A DNA stretch of 64,000 bases. Origin: an uncultured Eubacteriales bacterium (GTDB lineage: Bacteria; Bacillota; Clostridia; TANB77; UBA1234). The number at the start of each line of letters is the position of its first letter. Positions within the stretch are counted from its first letter, which is position 1. The notes beneath the pieces are model-generated. The model was not told the origin of the DNA, made no database searches, and saw only the letters and a program-made list of their open reading frames with translations. The DNA lies in the NCBI GenBank assembly GCA_949283575.1, contig CASDSU010000016.1, positions 130 through 64,129 on the forward strand, in the 5' to 3' direction. This document shows positions 31,309 to 40,707 of the stretch, one piece after another. Both the position numbers and the translations under genes were made by a program.

Positions 31309-32346
31309 TTGAACAAATATTTAGATTTAAAAGACAATCAAAATTTCTCTGAAATTGATAAACCAGCAAACATAATAAAAAACGGAGGTCTTGTGCTATT
31401 CCCTACAGAAACGGTGTATGGAATTGGAGCAAATGGTCTTAATTCAGATGCAGTAAAAAATATTTTTATAGCTAAAGGACGTAAGCAAGACAACCCTCTT
31501 ATTCTTCATATTTCATCAATAGATATGCTAAATTTAATAGCTAAAGACATAACGGATATGGAACTAAGACTTATGAACGCCTTTTGGCCAGGTCCTTTTA
31601 CAATTATTTTAAATAAAACCGATATTGTTCCTGACGTTGTAACTGGTGGTTTAGACACCGTCGGTGTACGTATGCCTTCAAATAAAATCGCTTTAGAATT
31701 AATAAAACGAGCTAATACCCCAATAGCTGCACCTAGTGCCAATATCTCAGGAAAACCAAGTGGCACTAATATTCAGGACATATTCGATGAATTAAGTGAT
31801 AAAATGGATTTCATTATAGATGGTGGAAACACTGAAGTCGGTGTTGAATCTACTGTTGTAAGAGTTATTGATAATGTTCCTGTTATTTTAAGACCAGGAG
31901 GCGTTACTCCAGAAGAACTAAAAAAAGTGGCTGGAGACGTAAAAGTTGATAAACACGTTTTAGCAAAACTTGAAAATACAGAGAAAGTCTTATCTCCTGG
32001 AATGAAATATAGACATTATGCACCAAATAGTAAATGTATTTTAGTTTATAGTGATGATAACCAAAAACTAACCTCAAAAATTCAGGAATTAGCAAATGAA
32101 AATATAAATCCTTTAATAATTTCATCATCAGAAAATATTTCAAAATATAACGTTAAAAACATTTTAAATTCTGGCTCATCAAATAATTCAAATGAAATAG
32201 CTCAAAATATTTTTAGATTGCTTAGAAAAGCGGATAGTTATAAGCCAGATATAGTTATCATTGAAGGTGTTAAAGAAGAAGGCATTGGGCTAGCCATTAT
32301 GAATAGATTAATTCGAGCGTGTGAATATAATTATATAAAAATGTAA
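31309..32346 (+). CDS. tsaC: L-threonylcarbamoyladenylate synthase (Sua5/YwlC long form)
   Basis: 345 aa; YrdC domain plus Sua5 C-terminal domain. Confidence 0.85.
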   Translation: MNKYLDLKDNQNFSEIDKPANIIKNGGLVLFPTETVYGIGANGLNSDAVKNIFIAKGRKQDNPLILHISSIDMLNLIAKDITDMELRLMNAFWPGPFTIILNKTDIVPDVVTGGLDTVGVRMPSNKIALELIKRANTPIAAPSANISGKPSGTNIQDIFDELSDKMDFIIDGGNTEVGVESTVVRVIDNVPVILRPGGVTPEELKKVAGDVKVDKHVLAKLENTEKVLSPGMKYRHYAPNSKCILVYSDDNQKLTSKIQELANENINPLIISSSENISKYNVKNILNSGSSNNSNEIAQNIFRLLRKADSYKPDIVIIEGVKEEGIGLAIMNRLIRACEYNYIKM

Positions 32347-32381
32347 AAAAGGACAAAGAGACGAGGCTTTTGTCCTTTTTT
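32346..32381. terminator. bidirectional terminator (AAAAAGGACAAAGAG...TTTTGTCCTTTTTT) shared by tsaC and feoB
   Basis: perfect GGAC-stem hairpin with flanking A-run and T-run. Confidence 0.65.
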
Positions 32382-32385
32382 AATT

Positions 32386-34257
32386 CTACAAAACAATAAA
32401 AATCACATTCACTATTGCACATATACACATTCCACACAACGTTGGCAAAATAATTGATAGTGCTGTCCATTTAATACTTTTTGTTTCTTTAAAAATTGTT
32501 AAGCATGTAGTCGAACATGGCCAATGCATTAGAGAAAATATAATCGTGCAAATTGCAGTTTTAATTGTCCAACCATTCAAAACCAAAATTTCTCTTATAC
32601 TAACTAAATCGTTCGAATCAACAAGTTCACCTGTTGACATATATATCATTAATGCAATTGGTAACACTATTTCGTTAGCAGGAAATCCAAGCACAAACGC
32701 CATCAAAATTACACCATCAAGACCGATTAATTTTGCTAATGAATCCACAAAATTTGTGCAGTATTCTAATATAGCTAATCCCTGAATATTCACATTTGCA
32801 AGAATCCATATAAGAATTCCAGCTGGTAATGCTATAATTACAGCTCTCCACAAGACATGTAATGTTCTATCAAAAATCGAACGGACTATTACACTTCCCC
32901 ACTTCGGTGTTCTATACGGTGGAAGTTCTAATGTAAACGCCGACGCTTCACCTCTCAAAACTGTTTTGGACAAAATTTTTGAGGTCATAAATGTCATAAA
33001 AATCGAGAACAAAATTATTCCTGCAAAAATTAAGACACCATAAAATGATGAAAAAATACCTGTAGATGTTCCAACGAAAAACATTGTTATTATTGAGATT
33101 ATTGTTGGAAATCTTCCATTACACGGTACAAAACTATTCGTAATAATAGCAATTAATCTTTCTCTAGCGGAGTCAATTATTCTTGCACCTGAGACACCGC
33201 AGGCATTACAACCAAATCCCATACACATAGTAAGAGCTTGCTTTCCACAAGCATTACATTTTCTAAACGTATTATCCAAATTAAATGCGATTCGTGGTAG
33301 AACCCCTAAGTCTTCCAATATTGTGAATAAAGGAAAAAATATTGCCATCGGAGGAAGCATTACTGAAACAACCCAAGTTAAAACTTTATATCCTCCACCA
33401 AGCAATACATTCGTAAGCCAATCAGGCGCATTTGTCATTTCGAAAAAATTATAAAGAAAAACTCCAATTCTCTGAAAAAAATCAAAAAGCAATTCCGACG
33501 GATAATTTGCCCCAACAATCGTAATCCAAAAAATAATCATAAGTATCCCTATCATTATTGGAATTCCGGTTATTTTATTTGTAAGTATTTTATCAATCTT
33601 TTTATCTAACTCTCTATGTTTATCACTTTTATACTCAACAACTTCTGCTGCAATCTTTTCAGCTTTCTCTATATATTCCTCTGTTTTTTTATCAATAATC
33701 TGCTCATCAAAATTTTCATGACAAAGAAAACTATTTTTTACAGTGGTACTTCTCTGTGATAATTCACAAATAATACAAACCAGATTATCTAAACCTTTTT
33801 TATCACGTGCACATATTGGTACCACTGGAACTCCTAATAGATCTGATAATTTTTCAAAATTTATTTCAATATGTTTTTTCTTCGCCTCATCAATAAGATT
33901 AACTGCAACAATTACATTTGATGTCATTGCAAGCACTTGCATAACTAGATTAAGATTTCTTTCAAGACATACTGCATCACAGACAACAACAATTGCATCA
34001 TATTTCTCCATACAAATAAAATCTCTTGTAACCTCTTCCTCTTTTGAATGCGAAATCAACGAGTAAGTTCCTGGTAAATCAACCATTTCAACAAAAAAAT
34101 CTTTATATTTCAAATTTCCAAATGCACTTTCAACAGTTTTTCCAGGCCAATTGCCAGTATGCTGATTCATTTTTGTAAGTGCATTGAAAACTGTACTTTT
34201 TCCAACATTAGGATTTCCTACGAGACCAACTTTAATATTTTTATTATTCATTATCAT
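32386..34257 (-). CDS. feoB: ferrous iron transporter FeoB
   Basis: 623 aa; N-terminal G domain GNPNVGKST plus polytopic membrane domain. Confidence 0.9.
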   Translation of the reverse strand: MIMNNKNIKVGLVGNPNVGKSTVFNALTKMNQHTGNWPGKTVESAFGNLKYKDFFVEMVDLPGTYSLISHSKEEEVTRDFICMEKYDAIVVVCDAVCLERNLNLVMQVLAMTSNVIVAVNLIDEAKKKHIEINFEKLSDLLGVPVVPICARDKKGLDNLVCIICELSQRSTTVKNSFLCHENFDEQIIDKKTEEYIEKAEKIAAEVVEYKSDKHRELDKKIDKILTNKITGIPIMIGILMIIFWITIVGANYPSELLFDFFQRIGVFLYNFFEMTNAPDWLTNVLLGGGYKVLTWVVSVMLPPMAIFFPLFTILEDLGVLPRIAFNLDNTFRKCNACGKQALTMCMGFGCNACGVSGARIIDSARERLIAIITNSFVPCNGRFPTIISIITMFFVGTSTGIFSSFYGVLIFAGIILFSIFMTFMTSKILSKTVLRGEASAFTLELPPYRTPKWGSVIVRSIFDRTLHVLWRAVIIALPAGILIWILANVNIQGLAILEYCTNFVDSLAKLIGLDGVILMAFVLGFPANEIVLPIALMIYMSTGELVDSNDLVSIREILVLNGWTIKTAICTIIFSLMHWPCSTTCLTIFKETKSIKWTALSIILPTLCGMCICAIVNVIFIVL

Positions 34258-34487
34258 TTTTCCCCCTCACGAATAACCTTTATATATTTAGCATCTTCAT
34301 TTCGTATTGCAATCACTGCACCACGAATTAAATACGCTTTCGGATTATTCCAAGGGCTTATAAGTACACACTCAATTTTCGAATTTTTAGTTATCCCAAT
34401 ATCTAAAAATCTTTGATACAAATTTGAATTTTCATTCACATCAACAACTCTTGCTCTTTCACCCACTCTAAGCAAATCCAAAGTCAT
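34254..34487 (-). CDS. feoA: FeoA
   Basis: 77-aa SH3-like FeoA pattern, translationally coupled to feoB. Confidence 0.8.
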   Translation of the reverse strand: MTLDLLRVGERARVVDVNENSNLYQRFLDIGITKNSKIECVLISPWNNPKAYLIRGAVIAIRNEDAKYIKVIREGEK

Positions 34488-34584
34488 ATCCTCACATCCC
34501 CAATCATATCTTTATTAGATTTTATGAAGTAAGGATACTTTTGGTTACAAAAGGACAAGAGGGACATAGACTCGGGGACGAGTT

Positions 34585-34684
34585 AGACTCGGGGACGTCC
34601 ATTAAAAGTCTAAAGATTCCGCTACTTAATAAGTTGCTCTAAATAACTAAAATCCTTAGACTTTTAATGGACGTCCCCGAGTCT
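34585..34684. repeat. 28-bp perfect inverted repeat (AGACTCGGGGACGTCCATTAAAAGTCTA ... TAGACTTTTAATGGACGTCCCCGAGTCT) with a 44-nt spacer, plus a partial direct copy at 34568-34582
   Basis: arms at 34585-34612 and 34657-34684 are exact reverse complements; located between the lon-like stop and the feoA start. Confidence 0.7.
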
Positions 34685-34695
34685 ATTTTTGAATT

Positions 34696-37089
34696 TTATT
34701 TACATTCACGTGTATTTGCACTTGCATTCTTCGAGTAATTCTTTAATTTTTCATTTACTAAATAATTAACTGTTCCGACTGTGTAGTCTCCATTTTTATT
34801 TTTCTTTCCCGCTGGAACTCCTGTTAATAGTTCGATTCCATCGTCTATTGTTTTGATTGCATAGATGTGGAATATTCCATCTTTTACTGCTTTAATTACT
34901 TCATCATTTAAGTTTAGATTTTTTATATTTTGGTGAGGTATCATTACACCTTGTTCACCAGTTAATCCTCTTAATTTACAAATACTGAAGAAACCTTCAA
35001 TTTTATCTGTAACTCCACCGATTGGTTGAATTTCACCTTTTTGGTTTACTGAACCTGTTACAGCAATGTTTTGCTTAATTGGTAAATCTGACAAACTTGA
35101 AAGAATAGCATAAAGTTCTGTACTCGAAGCACTATCACCATCAACGCCATTATACATTTGCTCAAAGCATAAACTTGCAGAAAGTGATAATGGTCTTTCT
35201 TGTGCAAACTTTTCACCGATGTACGCTGATAAAATCATAACACCTTTTGAATGTGATGTTCCACTAAGTTCAACTTCACGTTCAACGTTTACAATTCCTT
35301 CTTTACCAACATAAGTGTTTGCTGTAATTTTCGCTGGTTTTCCAAATGAATATTCACCGATATTCATAACTGAAAGACCATTTATTTGTCCAACCTTCTT
35401 ACCATCAGTATCAATCATTATCGTTCCATTTTGTATCATTTCAACTAAACGTTGATCATATTTATTTATTCTTTCAATTCTTTCCGAAATCGCTTTCTTT
35501 ACGTATGCAGCTGTAACAACTTTAGCACCTTCCATCTTAGCCCATGTACAAGCTTCACCAAGCAATTCAGTAATATCATTCAATTGAGTAGATAATTTGT
35601 TTTGATTTTCAACAGCTCGTGAACAATATTCAATAACTTCTGCAACAGCACCGGCATTAAAATGTGGAGCTTTTTCTTTTTCACAGAAATTATGAATAAA
35701 TTGAGCTATTTTAAACATATTAGCTTCTGTTCTTTGTGCCTCTTCATCAAATTCAACTTTAACTTTAAATAATTTTCTAAAATCTTCATCATACTCTAAT
35801 AATTGATAATAAATATTAGCAGGACCAACCAAAATAACTTTAATATTAACTGGAATTGGTTCTGGCTTCAATGAAGCTATTGCAACAGTATTCATTTGGT
35901 AATCTTTTAATGTATCAACATAAATCAATTTCGTACGAAGAACTCTTTTGAAAGAATCCCAAATCACTGGATTAGTAAGAAGATCTCTTACTTGTAATAC
36001 AATATAACCACCATTAGCTTTATGAATCAAACCAGGTTTAATCAATGTAAAATCTGTTTTTAAAGTACCGAAACTATTTTCATACTCTAACTTTCCAAAT
36101 AAATTATAGAATGATGGATTTGAGTCTATCACAACAGGTGCACCATCTAACTCTGAATTATCAATAAATAAATTAACCTGATATTTTTTCCATGGCTTTG
36201 GTTCATCTATTTTTCCCATTGGAGATTGAGTTTGTGGCTCTGCAATAAAATCATTTAAATTTGCTAAAATATCTTGTTGAACTGCTTTCAAGAATGTCTG
36301 AATTTTAGGAAACTTCTTATATTTATTTCTAAGCTCATTTATTTGAATGCTGACAGCAAATAACGCAATATTATTTTGCCATGAATTCATTTTTTCTGAA
36401 GCTTTTTTCTCTAATTCTTTGATTTTACTCATCGTATCTATAGTTTGTTTTTGAATATCTACAGAACGTTTTTCAAAATCATTTCTTGTAGATTCATCCA
36501 AAGCATTAAATTCTTCCTCTGACAACGTTTTACCATTTATCATAGGTAAGAAATAAATGCCTGAAGGAGTATTTTTAATTTCAAAATCTTGACGAGCAGC
36601 ATCCTTGTTTAATTTTTCAATCAATCTTATTTTCTTTTCTTCAACACTTTTCTCAATACTAGCTTTTTCAGCATTGAAATCTTGATTATTGAAAGCCGAT
36701 TTTATTTCCACTTTCATATTCTCAATAAATTGATTCATATCGTTTGTAAATTCTCTACCCATTTTAGCCGGTAAAGAAACCGCAACAGGTTCATTAGGAT
36801 CCGCAAAATTATAAACATAGCACCAATCATCTGGAACTGGTTTTGTCTTTGCTATTGCACTTAATTTGTCTCTAGCATAAATTGTTTTACCAATTCCTGT
36901 TGGTCCTTCAAGATAAAGGTTATATCCCTTTATATCAATATTAAGACCAAATTCCATAGCCTTAATTCCCCTTGATTGCCCTATCGTTCCAACAAAAGGT
37001 TCTAACTCCTTTGTTGTTTTAAATTTAAAAACAGCTGGGTCGCAAGTTTTTTTCAATTGCGTATAGCTAAGTTCTTTAATTTTCGCCAT
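34696..37089 (-). CDS. Lon-like AAA+ ATP-dependent protease (COG1067-type: AAA+ module, long helical insert, Lon S16 protease domain)
   Basis: 797 aa; Walker A GPTGIGKT; C-terminal Lon-type Ser-Lys dyad region (VDGDSASS ... KIEG). Confidence 0.7.
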   Translation of the reverse strand: MAKIKELSYTQLKKTCDPAVFKFKTTKELEPFVGTIGQSRGIKAMEFGLNIDIKGYNLYLEGPTGIGKTIYARDKLSAIAKTKPVPDDWCYVYNFADPNEPVAVSLPAKMGREFTNDMNQFIENMKVEIKSAFNNQDFNAEKASIEKSVEEKKIRLIEKLNKDAARQDFEIKNTPSGIYFLPMINGKTLSEEEFNALDESTRNDFEKRSVDIQKQTIDTMSKIKELEKKASEKMNSWQNNIALFAVSIQINELRNKYKKFPKIQTFLKAVQQDILANLNDFIAEPQTQSPMGKIDEPKPWKKYQVNLFIDNSELDGAPVVIDSNPSFYNLFGKLEYENSFGTLKTDFTLIKPGLIHKANGGYIVLQVRDLLTNPVIWDSFKRVLRTKLIYVDTLKDYQMNTVAIASLKPEPIPVNIKVILVGPANIYYQLLEYDEDFRKLFKVKVEFDEEAQRTEANMFKIAQFIHNFCEKEKAPHFNAGAVAEVIEYCSRAVENQNKLSTQLNDITELLGEACTWAKMEGAKVVTAAYVKKAISERIERINKYDQRLVEMIQNGTIMIDTDGKKVGQINGLSVMNIGEYSFGKPAKITANTYVGKEGIVNVEREVELSGTSHSKGVMILSAYIGEKFAQERPLSLSASLCFEQMYNGVDGDSASSTELYAILSSLSDLPIKQNIAVTGSVNQKGEIQPIGGVTDKIEGFFSICKLRGLTGEQGVMIPHQNIKNLNLNDEVIKAVKDGIFHIYAIKTIDDGIELLTGVPAGKKNKNGDYTVGTVNYLVNEKLKNYSKNASANTRECK

Positions 37090-37131
37090 GATTTTTTCTC
37101 CTTTGTATCTTAAAAATTTATCTTTAAATTT

Positions 37132-37599
37132 CTACAACTCTAGCGACATTATTATCGCGTCCTCTCTAGTGTTATCAGGATTTTTGTAGTACTCTTTTCG
37201 AACCGCTTCCGTCTTAAATCCAAATTTTTTATACAAACACTGAGCAGGTATATTATTTTTTCGTACCTCTAATGTTACGTATGTAGTAAAGTGCTCTTTA
37301 CAAAGCTCAAGCATTCTTTCTACAAGCCTAGTTGCAATTTTTTGTTTTCTATAATCAGAATGAACCGCTACATTTGTAATGTGACACTCATCCATGATAA
37401 ACCATAAGCCAATATAGCCAACTACTTTATTACCTTGTTTAGCTATAAGATATGTTGCCAAGATATTTCTTAGTTCTTCTTCAAAAGAAGATATTGGCCA
37501 AGGAAGTGGAAAAGCTGTTTTTTCAACCTCAAAAACTCCTTCTAAATCCTCAGCTGTCATTCTTGTTATTTCTAAATTCTCCATATTCAAACTCTCCAT
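37132..37599 (-). CDS. rimI: ribosomal-protein-alanine N-acetyltransferase RimI
   Basis: 155-aa GNAT fold; tsaE-tsaB-rimI synteny. Confidence 0.8.
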   Translation of the reverse strand: MESLNMENLEITRMTAEDLEGVFEVEKTAFPLPWPISSFEEELRNILATYLIAKQGNKVVGYIGLWFIMDECHITNVAVHSDYRKQKIATRLVERMLELCKEHFTTYVTLEVRKNNIPAQCLYKKFGFKTEAVRKEYYKNPDNTREDAIIMSLEL

Positions 37600-37617
37600 T
37601 TCTTAATATTTAAGAAT

Positions 37618-38313
37618 CTAGTCACCTTCAAGTGTTCTCTCTGCCTGAGATTTTTTTAAATATAGAGGACAAAGTATATCATAATCGTCGTATTTTTCTT
37701 CTAAAGCTCTATTTAATGCAGCTTTAGCAACAGACGATGATAATTGGTTCTTTAAATGTATTGGTGTGAAACATGCTTTTTCACCTAAAGCATCTTCAAA
37801 CTCTTTTCTAAAATTAACACTTCCATCACCAACAAATAAAACTTTTGAATTTTCTTTTTTTAGAATTTCAATTAGTGTACCCAAATCTTCAGTTATATAA
37901 TCTCCTATATGTATTAGTTTTTCATTTTCGTGTTTATATAAGCCTGCATAAACATTATTGTTTCTAGCATCTAAAACACTACAAACAATTCCATCAAAAT
38001 TTGAAGTGTTATAAGCAAGCGCTTCAAGAGTTGGAACACCTACCACCTTTTTATTTAATGATAATGCAAAACCTTTTATTGTAGCTAGTCCAATTCTAAG
38101 ACCTGTAAAAGAACCAGGACCAATAGAACAAGCAAACACATCTATTTCTGACAAATCTATTTTAGAAAATTTACACACTTCGTCAATCATTGGCATAAGC
38201 GTCTCTGAATGAGTTATTCCAATATTCAAATTAAAATCACTTAAAACTTTTTCTTCATCTAATATGCATACGCTACAGTTAGGTCCCGAAGTATCAATTG
38301 CAAGTATCTTCAC
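37618..38313 (-). CDS. tsaB: tRNA t6A37 biosynthesis protein TsaB
   Basis: 231 aa; ILAIDTS N-terminus. Confidence 0.85.
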   Translation of the reverse strand: MKILAIDTSGPNCSVCILDEEKVLSDFNLNIGITHSETLMPMIDEVCKFSKIDLSEIDVFACSIGPGSFTGLRIGLATIKGFALSLNKKVVGVPTLEALAYNTSNFDGIVCSVLDARNNNVYAGLYKHENEKLIHIGDYITEDLGTLIEILKKENSKVLFVGDGSVNFRKEFEDALGEKACFTPIHLKNQLSSSVAKAALNRALEEKYDDYDILCPLYLKKSQAERTLEGD

Positions 38314-38779
38314 TGTTATCAGTTACCCCCTTAATTAAATCATCAAATTTATTACTATTCGAATAAAAAGAAATTTTTCTTTTTTCATTATCTTCAGCAT
38401 CTTTTTCTATATTTATTCTTAAGCAATCCTTCGGAAGCAACTCCTCAATTTTTTCTCCCCATTCGATAAGACAGATTCCATTATAAAAGAATTCGTCTCC
38501 TCCAATTGCAAGAAATTCGTCTGGTGAATCTAACCTATAAACATCAAAATGAAAAAGCTTCAAATCAGACCTCAAATTATATTCATTCACTATCGTGAAC
38601 GTCGGACTCGAAACTTCATCTTTCATATTAAAAAAGTTTAGCAAACCAGAAACAAATAACGTTTTTCCCGCTCCAAGGTCACCTGATAAAACTACAACAT
38701 CCCCTTTTTTAAGAAACGGTGCAACCTTCGTGCCAAGAGCAAGTGTTTCTGCAGCCGAACTCGAAATAACATTACACAT
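38294..38779 (-). CDS. tsaE: tRNA t6A37 biosynthesis ATPase TsaE
   Basis: 161 aa; P-loop GDLGAGKT. Confidence 0.85.
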   Translation of the reverse strand: MCNVISSSAAETLALGTKVAPFLKKGDVVVLSGDLGAGKTLFVSGLLNFFNMKDEVSSPTFTIVNEYNLRSDLKLFHFDVYRLDSPDEFLAIGGDEFFYNGICLIEWGEKIEELLPKDCLRINIEKDAEDNEKRKISFYSNSNKFDDLIKGVTDNSEDTCN

Positions 38780-39085
38780 AAAAACAAAACCCCTTTTGAT
38801 ATATTATTTCATGATTATTTTATATCAATTTTTCGACAGTGTAAACCTTTTACTCAACGAAATATTCATTTAATTCTTCAAGTGCTTGCTTGTTTTGGTT
38901 GAACATTATTGAAAAAATTAAATAAAATAAAAATGCAATAAAACATAGTATTCCAAGCAAAGAAAAAGAAATTAAAGTAATGGAATCTGATAAATTTCTT
39001 ATGAATGAACATTCTTTATTTTTTCATATACATATTTTTCGCTTTTAGAAAGTTCTAAACGCTGTCTTATAAATTTTATTCCATA

Positions 39086-39799
39086 TTAATTTGCTCCTTC
39101 ATAATCTATTTTTAATATTTCATTTGCTTCTTCTCTTGAAATTTTATCGTGTTCAATCATTTTATCTAAAACTTGTCTTTGACGTTGTTTTGCAAGATCT
39201 GGATTTTTTGTGGGTGCATACACACTTGGTGCGTTTGGAATTCCTGCAAGTAGTGTAGATTCATAGTCATCCATCATCGAAGGTTCTTTGTCAAAATAAA
39301 AATCACTTGCCTCTGAAACAGTATAGCATCCTTCTCCAAAATAGCTTGTATTTAAGTATAGTTCTAAGATTTCTTTTTTCGAAAGTTCGTCCTCAATTTC
39401 AAAAGCCATAAAAACTTCTGCTATTTTTCTTTCAATTTTCTTTTCTTGTGTAAAATATGTGTTTTTCGCAAGTTGCTGTGTTATTGTACTTCCACCAGCA
39501 ACAAATTCTCCAGCCTTTATATCACTTACAATAGCCCTTCCTATTGAAATTATATCAATTCCATTATGTTTGTAGAATCTGTGATCTTCAACTGCCACCA
39601 CAGCATTTTTATACACTTCAGGCATTTCCGAAATCAACGTATAATTTTCTTTTTCTTGTATAGATTTTGCCATTTCTTTTACCGACATTGCTGTAATTGC
39701 CGCCTCATACATTTCATAACCCTTGTATATTTCATATGAACAAACAATAGCTATTAAAACAAATAACGTCAATAAAATTCTCTTTAGTAATTTTAACAT
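39086..39799 (-). CDS. monofunctional peptidoglycan glycosyltransferase (GT51, MtgA-like)
   Basis: 237 aa; N-terminal TM; EDHRFYKHNGID and GGSTITQQLAKN motifs. Confidence 0.8.
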   Translation of the reverse strand: MLKLLKRILLTLFVLIAIVCSYEIYKGYEMYEAAITAMSVKEMAKSIQEKENYTLISEMPEVYKNAVVAVEDHRFYKHNGIDIISIGRAIVSDIKAGEFVAGGSTITQQLAKNTYFTQEKKIERKIAEVFMAFEIEDELSKKEILELYLNTSYFGEGCYTVSEASDFYFDKEPSMMDDYESTLLAGIPNAPSVYAPTKNPDLAKQRQRQVLDKMIEHDKISREEANEILKIDYEGAN

Positions 39800-39827
39800 T
39801 TACGCTAATTTATCTCCTTTTTAAATT

Positions 39828-40622
39828 TTACGATAATACAATTATAGCATTAACCTTATCGCCGGTTTTAATCGTAACAACATGCTTTTCTTCATTTTTA
39901 GAATAATAACAATCCACTTTATCTTTGTACATAACTTCTTTTTTATATTCTATTGCAATATTTTTAAAATCATTATTTTCAAAAACTTCTTCTGGTAGAA
40001 CATCATATGCAAGATCTAAATAATTTATATTATGCATATGTTTATTTGAATCGATATCTCTGCGACCAACGATATATTCTGTTTTATACTCATATTCATC
40101 TGGTTCATTTAATTTTGACATATCTTCACCAAATACACTCACATCAGTAATTGGAGAATATGGATTTGTGTATTCTTCAGTAAGTCTAAGCGGCCTTCTC
40201 GAACTTAAATCCATCACAAACCATTTTGAACTACCTATCGCAACAACTTCTCCACTCTTATTTAAAACCTCATAATCTCTATAGGAACTTATTCTATCAA
40301 ATTGTCTTGGCCATGTTTTTACAGTAAGAATGTCTCCATATACACTTCTTTTTATAATCTTTACTTTCCAATTAAGTAAAAGCCATGCAAACCCATTTTT
40401 ACTAACCTCGAGAGGTCCTTGCCCTAAAGTCGCCGCATGAAAACAAGCAATATCTTCAAATATTCCAAGTAGTGCTCTATTACTCAAAAAATTATCTTTA
40501 TCTACATCCTCAATTTCAACTCTATATTTATGCTCAAAAATCACTTTTGTAAGCTCCTTCCAATCCAAATTACAAATAATTTTACCATATTTACATGAAA
40601 TTTTATAGTGTTTTCTTTTCAT
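39828..40622 (-). CDS. acyl-ACP thioesterase
   Basis: 264 aa; double hot-dog acyl-ACP thioesterase pattern. Confidence 0.7.
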   Translation of the reverse strand: MKRKHYKISCKYGKIICNLDWKELTKVIFEHKYRVEIEDVDKDNFLSNRALLGIFEDIACFHAATLGQGPLEVSKNGFAWLLLNWKVKIIKRSVYGDILTVKTWPRQFDRISSYRDYEVLNKSGEVVAIGSSKWFVMDLSSRRPLRLTEEYTNPYSPITDVSVFGEDMSKLNEPDEYEYKTEYIVGRRDIDSNKHMHNINYLDLAYDVLPEEVFENNDFKNIAIEYKKEVMYKDKVDCYYSKNEEKHVVTIKTGDKVNAIIVLS

Positions 40623-40656
40623 TTTTCATCTGTCTGACAAACCTTCCTGAATGGAC

Positions 40657-40691
40657 AAAAAAAGGACAAGAGAAACGTCCTCTTGTCCTTT
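40657..40691 (-). terminator. rho-independent terminator (AAAGGACAAGAG...CTCTTGTCCTTT)
   Basis: 12-bp perfect GGAC stem downstream of the 40708 stop. Confidence 0.6.
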
Positions 40692-40707
40692 CGTTTTTAC
40701 ATTTAAA

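Noticed and set aside
34696-37089. Possibility that the Lon-like protease is BrxL of a BREX phage-defence system
   Set aside because: No brxA/B/C, pglX or pglZ-like genes anywhere nearby; neighbours are housekeeping (rimI, tsaB, feoAB)
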